Below, piece by piece: positions 18,799 to 28,043 of a DNA stretch of 64,000 nucleotides. The position numbers were made by a program, and so were the translations under genes. Every line of letters begins with the position of its first letter. The first letter of the stretch is position 1. The stretch is from contig CP064960.1 of assembly GCA_016699105.1 (NCBI GenBank), forward strand, positions 593,034-657,033, written 5' to 3'. Below the pieces are notes generated by a model. That model worked only from the letters and a program-made list of their open reading frames with translations. It did not search any database and was not told where the DNA came from. The stretch is from a bacterium (lineage in GTDB: Bacteria > Patescibacteriota > Saccharimonadia > UBA4664).

Positions 18799-19902
18799 AT
18801 GATGATTTATATTGCTGTTATCCTCCTATTTTCGTTACTGGTAATTATTCATGAGTGGGGTCACTTTATGGCGGCCCGACGCGGTGGCGTGACGGTCGAA
18901 GAATTTGGAGTAGGCTTTCCGCCAAAAGTTTGGGGAAAAGTGCGCCGTGGGGTGCTGTATTCGATAAATCTACTGCCTTTGGGTGGGTTTGTACGTCTCA
19001 AGGGCGAAGACGGCGATGATACTTCAAAAGGATCATTTGGCGCCGCTAAAACTTGGACTAAAACCAAGATCTTGCTGGCTGGTGTGGTCATGAATTTGAT
19101 CACTGCGGTTGTGCTGTTTTATGGCTTGGCTGTCACAGGCATGCCGGGATTGGGTAGCTTGGAGCCCGGTTTTTTGGCGCATACGTATTCGCAAGCACCG
19201 AAGCTGGTGGTGGCGGATGTTGCCAAGGATTCGCCAGCCGCCCAAGCTGGTATCAAGAACGGCGAATATATTGTGTCGGCCAACGACAAAGCGATGGCAA
19301 CTAATGACGATTTGCGGACATTCACCAAAGACAACGCTGGCCAGACAGTCAAACTGATCATTGAAAAAGGTGGTGAAGGTACCCGTGAAGTCATGGTCAA
19401 ATTGCGGGATCCCGGCTCGACACAAGGTTATTTGGGAGTTGTAGGTCAACAAGATTACAAGCTGAAGTACGACCCTATTACGGCCGTTGCGGCAGCTGTT
19501 TGGGTCACCGGTGCCTTGTTCTTTGCCACCATTGTGGGTGTATTCAAACTCTTGGTTGGGATACCGATGTTGGTGATTGGACTCTTCTCGAGTTCGGTGC
19601 CGGCTGCAGCCGCCGAAGCCGCTGGACCGTTGGGTATCTTGTTCATTTTCAAGAGTATTTCGACGTTGGGTATTAGTTATGTCACGTTGCTGCTAGCTAA
19701 CATTGCGGTGGCTCTAGCGGCATTCAACGTTTTGCCGTTGCCGGCGCTTGATGGTGGTCGATTGGCACTTATTTGGTGGCAGCGATTGACTGGACGTAAA
19801 ATTAGCGCCGACACTGAAGCACAAATTCATGGCATCGGCTTTATGGTTTTGCTCGGATTGATGGCATTGATTACGGTGTATGACTTCCGCAAGTTCTTCT
19901 AA
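18799..19902 (+). CDS. rseP: RIP site-2 zinc metalloprotease RseP (M50 family) with PDZ domain
   Basis: HEWGHFMAAR (HExxH), LPLGGFVRL, a PDZ segment, then C-terminal TMs. Confidence 0.85.
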   Translation: MMIYIAVILLFSLLVIIHEWGHFMAARRGGVTVEEFGVGFPPKVWGKVRRGVLYSINLLPLGGFVRLKGEDGDDTSKGSFGAAKTWTKTKILLAGVVMNLITAVVLFYGLAVTGMPGLGSLEPGFLAHTYSQAPKLVVADVAKDSPAAQAGIKNGEYIVSANDKAMATNDDLRTFTKDNAGQTVKLIIEKGGEGTREVMVKLRDPGSTQGYLGVVGQQDYKLKYDPITAVAAAVWVTGALFFATIVGVFKLLVGIPMLVIGLFSSSVPAAAAEAAGPLGILFIFKSISTLGISYVTLLLANIAVALAAFNVLPLPALDGGRLALIWWQRLTGRKISADTEAQIHGIGFMVLLGLMALITVYDFRKFF

Positions 19903-20638
19903 GGCTCTAGCTTGGAGCGCTTATATTGAGCGATTGCCTTGGCAAGCTCGGGATGTCTTATATTTTGGCCTCGTATGGTTAAGCGCCCAGTACATCGTAA
20001 TGAAGGTACTGGTTTGGTCCGGGTCGGTGTGGCTAGCACCGGGTCGACTGATACAGTCGGCCTACAACGGTGAAGTAGCATCGCTGTTTGTCTTGGCAGC
20101 TGTGCAAGCGTCAATCAGCGGCTTGCTATTGTGGTGGTGGTTGAGACGGTATCGGGTTGGCATACAAGCATTGGGCTGGCGACCGGTACCGGTCTGGCGC
20201 ACGATCAAGTTTGTCTTGGTTGTATTGGTTGGGTTTATCGTACTCGCGTCGACAGCTATTTGGCTGATATCACAGCTTGTCCCAGCATTTGACGCCAACC
20301 AAGCACAGATGAATCAGTTCTCGGCGGTCCAGACGTCGAGCGATTGGATTTTGGCAATACTGGCGATGGTAGTATTGCCGCCAATAATGGAAGAGAGTAT
20401 TTTTCGAGGATTAGCTTATACGGCCTTGGCTAAACGATGGGGGAGCGTGATGGGCGCAGTCGGTTCGTCGGCATTGTTTGCGCTGGCTCATGGTCAGGCC
20501 AATGTGGGGGTCTACACGTTTGTTTTGGGCTTATTGCTGTGCTGGCTATACCGACGGTTTGATAGTATTGTACCGGGGGTTATGGTACATATGGTTAATA
20601 ATGCCTTAGCCTATTGGGCGTTGATGTCGACTGGTTAG
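19880..20638 (+). CDS. CPBP family intramembrane glutamic endopeptidase (CAAX protease/Abi-like)
   Basis: Motifs EESIFRG (EExxxR) and FALAHG (FxxxH). Polytopic. Start uncertain; the ORF-track start overlaps rseP by 23 nt. Confidence 0.7.
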   Translation: MTSASSSKALAWSAYIERLPWQARDVLYFGLVWLSAQYIVMKVLVWSGSVWLAPGRLIQSAYNGEVASLFVLAAVQASISGLLLWWWLRRYRVGIQALGWRPVPVWRTIKFVLVVLVGFIVLASTAIWLISQLVPAFDANQAQMNQFSAVQTSSDWILAILAMVVLPPIMEESIFRGLAYTALAKRWGSVMGAVGSSALFALAHGQANVGVYTFVLGLLLCWLYRRFDSIVPGVMVHMVNNALAYWALMSTG

Positions 20639-20654
20639 TTGGCTTTTTGACAAA

Positions 20655-20880
20655 TGCCGTTAAAACTCGGTATTCTTATGACACAAAGCAATGAAAGGGT
20701 ATCCCGCCCTGGAGCTGACGGCGACGAGCCGTTCCGGGTTCCGCCCGTTACTGCGGGAATTAAGGTCTAGGCTTTGTCCAGACAAAGACAAGATGGTACC
20801 ACGAGAAACGCCTCGTTCTTGTCCCAAAGTGTCCTATTTAATCGTAGGCGCGGAGTGGGTGAGAACGTTTTTTAATTCAA
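20655..20880 (+). promoter_or_regulatory. Candidate T-box riboswitch leader of proS
   Basis: ~230-nt untranslated leader before an aminoacyl-tRNA synthetase gene. Contains F-box-like CCGUUA (20745-20750). T-box-like AGAUGGUACCACGAG (20791-20805; consensus GGGUGGUACCGCG, UGGU bulge complementary to the ACCA end of tRNA-Pro). A possible antiterminator-strand hairpin CTTTGTCcagACAAAG. A short terminator-like hairpin ACGAGaaacgcCTCGT plus U-rich tail. Not folded or aligned computationally. Confidence 0.4.
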
Positions 20881-20895
20881 TTGGAGAAAAAGTTT

Positions 20896-22611
20896 ATGCG
20901 CATGACACAACTATTTGGTCGGCCGAGTAAAACTGAAGGAACTGATTATGAAATTGCTTCACATAAGCTTTTAGTTCAGGCTGGTTTTATCAGGGAAAGT
21001 ACGGCTGGACGTTACTTTATGTTGCCCCTGGGTATGGCAGTACATCACAAAGTAGCCGACATTGTCCGGCGCCAGATGAATAAAACTGGAGCTCAAGAAA
21101 TTGTGACCCCGGTGCTGCACCCCCTCGAGCTGTGGGCAGAGACGAACCGGACAACCACCGCCGGGTTTGAATTGATGAAAGTTCGAGATCGCCGAGGTGC
21201 CGATTTTGCCTTGGGTGGCACGGCAGAAGAAATGGCCGTCGATCTCGTGCGCAAGTTCAACTTGAGCTACAAAGACTTACCGTTTCAGGTGTATCAGTTT
21301 TCGATGAAGTTTCGTGATGAAATGCGGGCTCGAGGAGGCCTACTACGAGTACGCGAATTTGTGATGAAAGATGGGTATAGTTTTTCGACCAAAGAGCAAT
21401 TTACGGCTATTTATGACCGAATGCGGGACTGCTATACCGATATTTTTACTGAACTGGGATTAAAAACTGATGTGGTGGCCGCAGACAATGGTTATATTGG
21501 CGGAGAATACTGCCACGAATTTGTAGCGCCGGCCGAGAGCGGTGAGAGCCGGTATTTTGTGGATGAAAAAAGTGGCTACGCGGCCCATGAAGATGTGGCG
21601 ACATTTGTGCAGGAATCGCCAAACGATCATGAAACGCTGCGACCAATGAAGCCAATTGAGGCTAAACGCGGCCGAACTATGAAGGATGGTATTGCCCATC
21701 ACGGCTTGGAAGACTGGCGCCAAATCAAAGATGTTTTGTTTGTGGATGAACCAAGTGACCGCTATATTCTGGCAGTCATAAGGGGAGATCTGGATGTCAA
21801 TGAAACGAAATTGATGCAACTAGCGAAAGCTTGGGGTATGCGATTGGCTACCGATGACGAAGTCCGCCATGACGTCGGTAGTGAGCCGGGCTTCTTGTCA
21901 CCGGTTGGTATTGCTAAAAAAGGCATCAAAACTGGTCGCCGCATCGTTGTAGTAGCCGATGACAGCCTTAAACTTATCCATAATATGTATGGCGGTGCCA
22001 ATGCTAAGCACCAAGATCTGGTGGACATCAACTATGCCCGAGATTGGGAGCCGGATATTACTGGTGACATTGCCATGGCTAAAGCGGGCATGATGAGTAA
22101 TGAAGGCGGCAAATTGATCGAGCGGCGAGGTATCGAAGTGGGCAACATATTCCAACTTGGTTATCACTACACCAAGCTTATGAGCGGTGCTGAATATACC
22201 GATGCGTCCGGTGTCCGGCAGCCCTACTATATGGGTTGTTATGGGATCGGTATTGGCCGAACGATGGCTGCCATCGTTGAAGCCCATCATGATGAACGAG
22301 GCATCGTCTGGCCAGCGGCGGTCGCGCCATATGCGGCGACAGTGGTGAGGCTTGGCAATGATGAATCAATTGTAAAAGCGGCTGATGAGCTGGTAGTCAA
22401 AATGGAAGCCTCTGGAATAGATGTCTTATACGATGACCGTGATGTTTCGGCTGGGATTAAATTTGCCGACGCCGATTTGATTGGTTTGCCTTGGCGCATT
22501 ACGGTCAGTGCAAAAACCATAGCCGCCGGGAATAAGGCTGAACTGAAGCGTCGAACCGCTAGTGAAACGAACTTGGTAGACTTGGCAGCAGTGACGGCAG
22601 CTATCTCATAG
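20896..22611 (+). CDS. proS: Prolyl-tRNA synthetase (bacterial-type class II)
   Basis: N-terminus MRMTQLFGRPSK...SHKLLVQAGFIRESTAGRYFMLPLG with class II motifs. GGAG RBS 9 nt upstream of the ATG at 20896. Confidence 0.9.
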   Translation: MRMTQLFGRPSKTEGTDYEIASHKLLVQAGFIRESTAGRYFMLPLGMAVHHKVADIVRRQMNKTGAQEIVTPVLHPLELWAETNRTTTAGFELMKVRDRRGADFALGGTAEEMAVDLVRKFNLSYKDLPFQVYQFSMKFRDEMRARGGLLRVREFVMKDGYSFSTKEQFTAIYDRMRDCYTDIFTELGLKTDVVAADNGYIGGEYCHEFVAPAESGESRYFVDEKSGYAAHEDVATFVQESPNDHETLRPMKPIEAKRGRTMKDGIAHHGLEDWRQIKDVLFVDEPSDRYILAVIRGDLDVNETKLMQLAKAWGMRLATDDEVRHDVGSEPGFLSPVGIAKKGIKTGRRIVVVADDSLKLIHNMYGGANAKHQDLVDINYARDWEPDITGDIAMAKAGMMSNEGGKLIERRGIEVGNIFQLGYHYTKLMSGAEYTDASGVRQPYYMGCYGIGIGRTMAAIVEAHHDERGIVWPAAVAPYAATVVRLGNDESIVKAADELVVKMEASGIDVLYDDRDVSAGIKFADADLIGLPWRITVSAKTIAAGNKAELKRRTASETNLVDLAAVTAAIS

Positions 22612-22616
22612 CGGAA

Positions 22617-23357
22617 TTATGAGCTACTGCGTACGATAACGCTCAACAAAGCGACGTAAGATTTTCTCGGCTCAGTAATCGTGGCCGAGTGGGCGATGGC
22701 GACGAGCCGGTTAAGCTCGGCCGGCTCAAAGTAACCAGCGTGTTTATAGATGTTGACTCGAAGTTCAAGACCATGGGCATCAAGTTCGGGGTGGAACTGG
22801 GTGGCATAGACATTGCGACCGACCCGAAACATTTGGATGGGGCAAGCCGCTGAGCTAGCTAACAGTATCGCTGACGGCGGCAAAACTTCGCAAGCTTCTT
22901 TGTGCCCCACAAAAGCCAAAAAGATGGAATCTAGATCGGCAAGTATCGGATCAGATTGGCCGGCAGGTGTCAGGGTGATGGTCACTGGAGCGACAGATTC
23001 TGCGTAGCGACGGCTTACAGTACCGCCAAGTGCTGCAGTCAACAAGCCTACGCCTAAGCAAGCGCCTAAAAACGGAAAATCTCTTTGGACAATCTCGGCT
23101 AATAGCTTGTACAGTTTGGGTTCGAACGCTATTTCAGCCGGAGACTTGGCAGAGGGAGGGTCAGTCACGTTTCCGGGGCCGCCACCCAAAATAATGCCGG
23201 AATATTCGTCAAGATCAAGGTCTTTGAGCTCACCTTTATCGAGGGCTAGCCGCATGAGCTGATGTGGCTGGAGGTGGCCGAAATGACAAAAAGCCTCATA
23301 TTCATTATCGGCTGCGGCTGCTTCGGGACGGCTTTGCAAAAGTAAAAACGGCTTCAT
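22617..23357 (-). CDS. Class I glutamine amidotransferase-like protein (GATase1)
   Basis: Nucleophile elbow GACLGVGLL and HPE (QFHPELD) catalytic triad context. Confidence 0.65.
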   Translation of the reverse strand: MKPFLLLQSRPEAAAADNEYEAFCHFGHLQPHQLMRLALDKGELKDLDLDEYSGIILGGGPGNVTDPPSAKSPAEIAFEPKLYKLLAEIVQRDFPFLGACLGVGLLTAALGGTVSRRYAESVAPVTITLTPAGQSDPILADLDSIFLAFVGHKEACEVLPPSAILLASSAACPIQMFRVGRNVYATQFHPELDAHGLELRVNIYKHAGYFEPAELNRLVAIAHSATITEPRKSYVALLSVIVRSSS

Positions 23358-24490
23358 ATCTTAGCCCATTCTTCTATAAATCGTCGCAAAATCTGGTAGT
23401 AGATAGTCAGATCATCAAGATCGATCCATTCCTGGTCTGAGTGATGATCGCCGCCAGTTGACCGGGTGGTGATGACCTGGATGCCAGCGGCAACGAAATG
23501 TCGGGCATCAGAACTGGCATGCGATAACGTAGATGAAAGCTTATGGCCCGTGATTTGCGCGGCAATATCGGCAAACAGTTGGAGTGCGCCGTCAGAGCGC
23601 AATTCAAATGCGGGTTCGGCCACTAGTCGCGTGATCTCAATCCCAGGGAAGGCGTTTGCCAAATCAGTTATTTCTTGGTGTCTGGTGCTGATGAGTTCGC
23701 CGGGAACTAACCTAATATCGATGTGAGCGATAGCGCGTTCGGCTACCTGATTGGCGGCAGTCCCACCAGCGATCGTACCAATATTCATGGTGCTATGAGC
23801 ATGATCTGGATCGGAGCAGGGTTCGGCTGGATAGAGGTCGGCAACTGCGGCCAAAAACTGGGTAAGTTTGCCAATAGCATTGTCGCCCAGCCATAAACGG
23901 GAAGCGTGAGCCGATGTACCGGTAGCAGTAATTTGATACCAGATGATGCCTTTGGCTTTGAGTTCGATGTCCCAATTGGTGCCACCGTCAGGTAAGATCA
24001 TGGCTTGTCCGCGATATCCACTTTCGACCAGCCAGCGGGCGCCATCAAAACCGCCAACCTCTTCGTCGCTGGTTATCATCAAGCCAAGATCGTACTGGTG
24101 CAGGCTTGAACCGAGTTGTTGAAGGGTATAAATAAAGACCGCCAAGGCAGACTTCATGTCGGATGTACCGCGGCCATACAACCGATTGCCGTTTAGCTTG
24201 GGATTAAAGACGTCAGGATCACCGGGAACTACATCCATATGACCAGCTAGCCAGAGCCGGGGAGCTTTTGGGTTGGTGACAGCTATGGTGGTAGCAATCA
24301 GAGTAGGTACCCCATTATATTCGAGTCGCTTGATCTGAAGCGGTAAGTTAGTTAGTTGAGCCTCGACCCAATCGAGAGCAGCTGAATTTGTGGCCAGATC
24401 TCCAGAAATAGTGGGCATACGCACCAGATGCTCTAATAGCGTAGTGATGGCGGATTTGTCAGATTGGTGAGATTGGTGTTTTTGATGCAT
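23354..24490 (-). CDS. M20-family metallopeptidase (ArgE/DapE/acetylornithine deacetylase-like)
   Basis: GHMDVVPGD, LYGRGTSDMK, SDEEVGG metal-binding motifs. Overlaps the GATase1 start by 4 nt. Confidence 0.8.
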   Translation of the reverse strand: MHQKHQSHQSDKSAITTLLEHLVRMPTISGDLATNSAALDWVEAQLTNLPLQIKRLEYNGVPTLIATTIAVTNPKAPRLWLAGHMDVVPGDPDVFNPKLNGNRLYGRGTSDMKSALAVFIYTLQQLGSSLHQYDLGLMITSDEEVGGFDGARWLVESGYRGQAMILPDGGTNWDIELKAKGIIWYQITATGTSAHASRLWLGDNAIGKLTQFLAAVADLYPAEPCSDPDHAHSTMNIGTIAGGTAANQVAERAIAHIDIRLVPGELISTRHQEITDLANAFPGIEITRLVAEPAFELRSDGALQLFADIAAQITGHKLSSTLSHASSDARHFVAAGIQVITTRSTGGDHHSDQEWIDLDDLTIYYQILRRFIEEWAKI

Positions 24491-24529
24491 AGAAATATCA
24501 GATAATTATAACAATTGAGACAAAGTTTT

Positions 24530-24612
24530 GGCACCGGAATTGACTGTTGCCTTGTGGGCTGTAGTCAACTCCGGTGCCGGGTGCCGCCTCGTGCCTTGTG
24601 GGCGTCGGCGGC
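24530..24612. repeat. Two tandem GC-rich stem-loops sharing the loop motif GCCTTGTGGGC, between the ATP-grasp gene and the M20 peptidase gene
   Basis: Hairpin 1 has 15-bp arms (ggcaccggaattgac / gtcaactccggtgcc, one mismatch) with a loop containing gccttgtgggc (24549-24559). Hairpin 2 is GCCGCC...GGCGGC with a loop containing the same 11-mer (24593-24603). Confidence 0.5.
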
Positions 24613-24624
24613 GCGCAAGTAGTG

Positions 24625-25788
24625 TTAGTGAGAGGGACTTAAAAGTACTCCGGACAGAATCGAACGGGCTTGAGCCATCAAATGCTCGACATCGGCTTCG
24701 GTGATGCCTATGGCATAGGTTATGGCTTTGCCAGTGCCCAACAGACGTGGTCCAACGGGCAGGATTCCGGTATACCCATCAAACAGGATGCCTGCCGCCC
24801 GATATAGGTCGTGTATTCTCGGCCACGTGAGATCTGTCGCACAAGGTAAATTGTCACTCATGATGACTAGTGGTGCACCATGATGGCGTAATACCTGGGC
24901 CAAGACCGCCAGCGGGTACATAGCTCCAGTTACACGTCCATTGGCCTCAAGGACAAACAATTGACTTCGGTGTTCACCAGTATCTGGTCGTATGAAGTCA
25001 AAACCGATATACCCACGGTAGCCGAGTCGGTGCAATTCACCAGCGGCAATTAGCGCGCGTTGGACAAGGGCATCGATGGTTGATGGATTCAAGCCTGTCG
25101 TAGCTGATGTTGAAATGACGTTGCCATTATGGGTACTTTGATTACCGATGATTTGCCGGGTGATGGCTAGAAACTGCGGTCCACCTTCGGTAATTTCCAG
25201 TTGCACCGAAAATGACGAATGTGGCATGTAAGCACGTTCGACGATAATTTCATCGGTATATCCCGAGTCGGTCAACCGACTAAGCAGTTGAGACAACACA
25301 ACAGGCCAATTCTTCTGGTTGACGATTTCAATACCTTCACCGGTTGCCAGGTTGGCGGCTTTGACGGCGGCCGACTGGTAGCGCTTGGTGTAGGCTTCAC
25401 CCGACTGCGCAATGGCGATACGTTGCTGGAAATCGTGTGTGGAGTGAGCCGGAAAGGAGATTTGTCCCCACCCTTCAAAATGCCGTCTAAGCCAGCCTTT
25501 GTGGTTGACTTGGGCTGCAAGTTTAGGTGATGGTCCCCAAACCACATTTTGGTATTGGTGATTCAAGCTATCCACCAAGTGCCGGACGCTGGCCGTCGGC
25601 AGGAAAAACTCGAAGAGTTGGCCGTGTTTGAGATCGCGCAGCATAGCAGCTGGACAACTAGCCAATAGCGTACCCGTCACCGGTACTTGGATTACCCGGC
25701 CATGGGCTGGCGCACCGATGTCGACTCGTGCTAGAAATTGCAGATATCCGGGGTCGATGCCATCGGCAATGACGACGGTGCCGGGCAT
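24625..25788 (-). CDS. ATP-grasp superfamily ligase, unknown substrate (start uncertain; the ORF extends to 26127)
   Basis: C-terminal ATP-grasp signatures GYRGYIGFDFIRPDTGE and FVLEANGRVTG (E-x-N Mg-binding motif). The Met at 25788 was chosen because the 26127 start overlaps mreB. Confidence 0.55.
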   Translation of the reverse strand: MPGTVVIADGIDPGYLQFLARVDIGAPAHGRVIQVPVTGTLLASCPAAMLRDLKHGQLFEFFLPTASVRHLVDSLNHQYQNVVWGPSPKLAAQVNHKGWLRRHFEGWGQISFPAHSTHDFQQRIAIAQSGEAYTKRYQSAAVKAANLATGEGIEIVNQKNWPVVLSQLLSRLTDSGYTDEIIVERAYMPHSSFSVQLEITEGGPQFLAITRQIIGNQSTHNGNVISTSATTGLNPSTIDALVQRALIAAGELHRLGYRGYIGFDFIRPDTGEHRSQLFVLEANGRVTGAMYPLAVLAQVLRHHGAPLVIMSDNLPCATDLTWPRIHDLYRAAGILFDGYTGILPVGPRLLGTGKAITYAIGITEADVEHLMAQARSILSGVLLSPSH

Positions 25789-26199
25789 AAGTAACGCCCG
25801 GTCGGCATAATGGCCCAAACCGGCATTCTCTAAACTCGGGTATGGATCCCGCACGTCGTGGACGCGAAACAGGTTAGAACTGAGAAATTGGGCGCTGTTG
25901 AGGTCAGTACTCAGGGGCAGCACGTGAGCTCCTCTCGCTAAATTTGCAAGGTACGAGTCCAAACGAAAACCGCTCCGGTAAGGGAGCGGCGGCGGTGAAG
26001 CGTTGGTTTGGTTTAGACTAAACGCGACCAGCCACCACACGGCAGCAAAATAATCTCGACCAAACGAGCTTGGCGGTTGATTAAGCTGATAGTGGTTGCG
26101 GTCATGGGGACAGTTTACTGGCAGCATGGGGTCAACGTCAAGCTAAACGGAACGTACTTACCTTGCTCCTATCTGCAGGCGACTGGTACACTGGAGGGT

Positions 26200-27252
26200 A
26201 TGATTAACCGTTTACTCGGTCGGGTATCGCACGACATCGGCATTGATTTGGGCACCGCTAACACCTTGGTATATGTGCGGGGTAAAGGCATTGTGATTAA
26301 TGAACCGAGCGTAGTGGCGATCAACGTCAAGACGAAGCAAATATTGGCAATCGGTGATGAAGCCAAAAAAATGGTCGGCAAAACACCCGCGAATATTGTG
26401 GCGACCCGGCCCTTGGTCGATGGAGTCGTCAGCGACTTCGAAGTCACCGAGCAAATGTTGCGATACTTTATCAATAAGGTCCACAAAGAAACCTATAGTT
26501 TGTGGCCGCGGCCCCGGGTCGTTGTTGGTATACCTTCGGGCGTTACCGAAGTGGAAAAGCGAGCGGTCGAAGATGCCTCGACGAATGCTGGTGCCCGTCA
26601 AACATTTTTGATCGAAGAACCAATGGCGGCAGCAATTGGTAGCCGATTGCCCATTCAAGATGCCGCCGGCAGTATGATCGTAGACATTGGCGGGGGTACG
26701 ACGGAAGTGGCTATCATTAGCCTGGGCGGAATTGTGGCGAGTAGGAGTTTGCGTATTGCCGGAGATGAATTGAGCGAAGATATTATTTTGTATGCGCGTG
26801 AAGAATTCAATTTGCAGATCGGTGAACGAACTGCCGAAAACATTAAGATTGCCATTGGTACAACTTCGCCGGTAGCTGGATTGAAGGATGTGCCGATGCG
26901 CGGGCGCGATCTGGTGACTGGTCTGCCCAAAGAAATCATGATAACTCCAGATCAAGTGCGAGCGGCATTGGCTAGGAGTGTTCGCGAAATAGTTGACGCG
27001 GTCAAACTAACGATTGAAGAAACACCACCAGAACTGGTGGCAGATATTATGGAGCGGGGAATTTATTTAGCTGGAGGTGGTGCGCTGCTCAAAGGACTGG
27101 ATGCTACACTCCATCGCGAAACCAAGATGCCCGTGAAAATTGCCGAAGATCCGTTAACGGCTGTTGCTCGAGGAACTGGGTTAGTTCTAGAAGACATTGA
27201 TGCGCTCAAGGACGTACTGGTTCCGACCCAGTTTGGCAAAATTCCACGATGA
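26200..27252 (+). CDS. mreB: Rod shape-determining protein MreB
   Basis: Actin fold motifs DIGIDLGTANTLVYV, VVGIPSGVTEVEKRAV, MIVDIGGGTTEVAIIS. Internal Met at 26200 preferred over 26077. Confidence 0.9.
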   Translation: MINRLLGRVSHDIGIDLGTANTLVYVRGKGIVINEPSVVAINVKTKQILAIGDEAKKMVGKTPANIVATRPLVDGVVSDFEVTEQMLRYFINKVHKETYSLWPRPRVVVGIPSGVTEVEKRAVEDASTNAGARQTFLIEEPMAAAIGSRLPIQDAAGSMIVDIGGGTTEVAIISLGGIVASRSLRIAGDELSEDIILYAREEFNLQIGERTAENIKIAIGTTSPVAGLKDVPMRGRDLVTGLPKEIMITPDQVRAALARSVREIVDAVKLTIEETPPELVADIMERGIYLAGGGALLKGLDATLHRETKMPVKIAEDPLTAVARGTGLVLEDIDALKDVLVPTQFGKIPR

Positions 27253-28043
27253 GGCGAGGAAGCTGGCGCAACCGGATAGTAGTTTTGGTGGCAACAGTAG
27301 CTTGCATCGTCGGTTTGGAGCGATTGGGGGCTTTATGGCCGGTGCATTGGTTATGGGGGCATACTGTAGCTCCAATTGGTGGATTGATAGCAGGAGGCGG
27401 TCAGGATGTCGGTAAGACGTTGACGAATTGGACTCGTATCAAAGACTTGGCGGTTGAGAATAGCCGTCTGGAATTGGAAAATGCTAACTTGCGGCAGCGA
27501 CTAGCGGCCGATGCCGAAACTCAACGAGATAACGAAATATTGCGTCGTGAACTGGGTCTGGCTGCAGCTTCCGTGATACGGCAAGTCAATGCCGAAGTAG
27601 TGGCAGCAGCACCAGATTCATATCGCCAATATGTCTGGATTAATAAAGGTAGTAGCGAGAATTTGAAGAATGGTTATGCGGTGATGAGTGCTGGAAGCTT
27701 AATTGGAGTTTTGAGTGAAGTTCAGACGCACGCGGCGCGAGTAACGTTGGTGAGTGACCCTGATTTTCGCTTGGCCGCCAAAGATCAGGACACCAATGCT
27801 GCCGGCATATTGATTGGACAGCTTGGCGGTGGTTTGGTTTTGGAAAAAATCGGTCAGTCTGATAGCGTCAAGCCGGGAGACACCGTAACAACGAGTGGCT
27901 TGGGTGGCGAAGTACCGGCTGGGTTATATATCGGCCAGATCGAATCGGTTGATGCCAAGTCTGACGTTGTCTTTCAATCGGCTCGGTTAGTGTCGATGGT
28001 GCGACCGCGTGACTTGAGGTTTGTGGCGGTAGTACTACCATGA
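27249..28043 (+). CDS. mreC: Rod shape-determining protein MreC
   Basis: N-terminal TM, a coiled-coil (LENANLRQRLAADAETQRDNEILRREL), and a C-terminal beta domain. Coupled to mreB. Confidence 0.8.
   Translation: MRRGSWRNRIVVLVATVACIVGLERLGALWPVHWLWGHTVAPIGGLIAGGGQDVGKTLTNWTRIKDLAVENSRLELENANLRQRLAADAETQRDNEILRRELGLAAASVIRQVNAEVVAAAPDSYRQYVWINKGSSENLKNGYAVMSAGSLIGVLSEVQTHAARVTLVSDPDFRLAAKDQDTNAAGILIGQLGGGLVLEKIGQSDSVKPGDTVTTSGLGGEVPAGLYIGQIESVDAKSDVVFQSARLVSMVRPRDLRFVAVVLP

Noticed and set aside
26077-26199. Upstream in-frame extension of mreB (start at 26077)
   Set aside because: The 41-residue extension is non-homologous and overlaps the divergent ATP-grasp ORF. The canonical MreB N-terminus (MINRLLGRVSHDIGIDLGTANT) begins at 26200.
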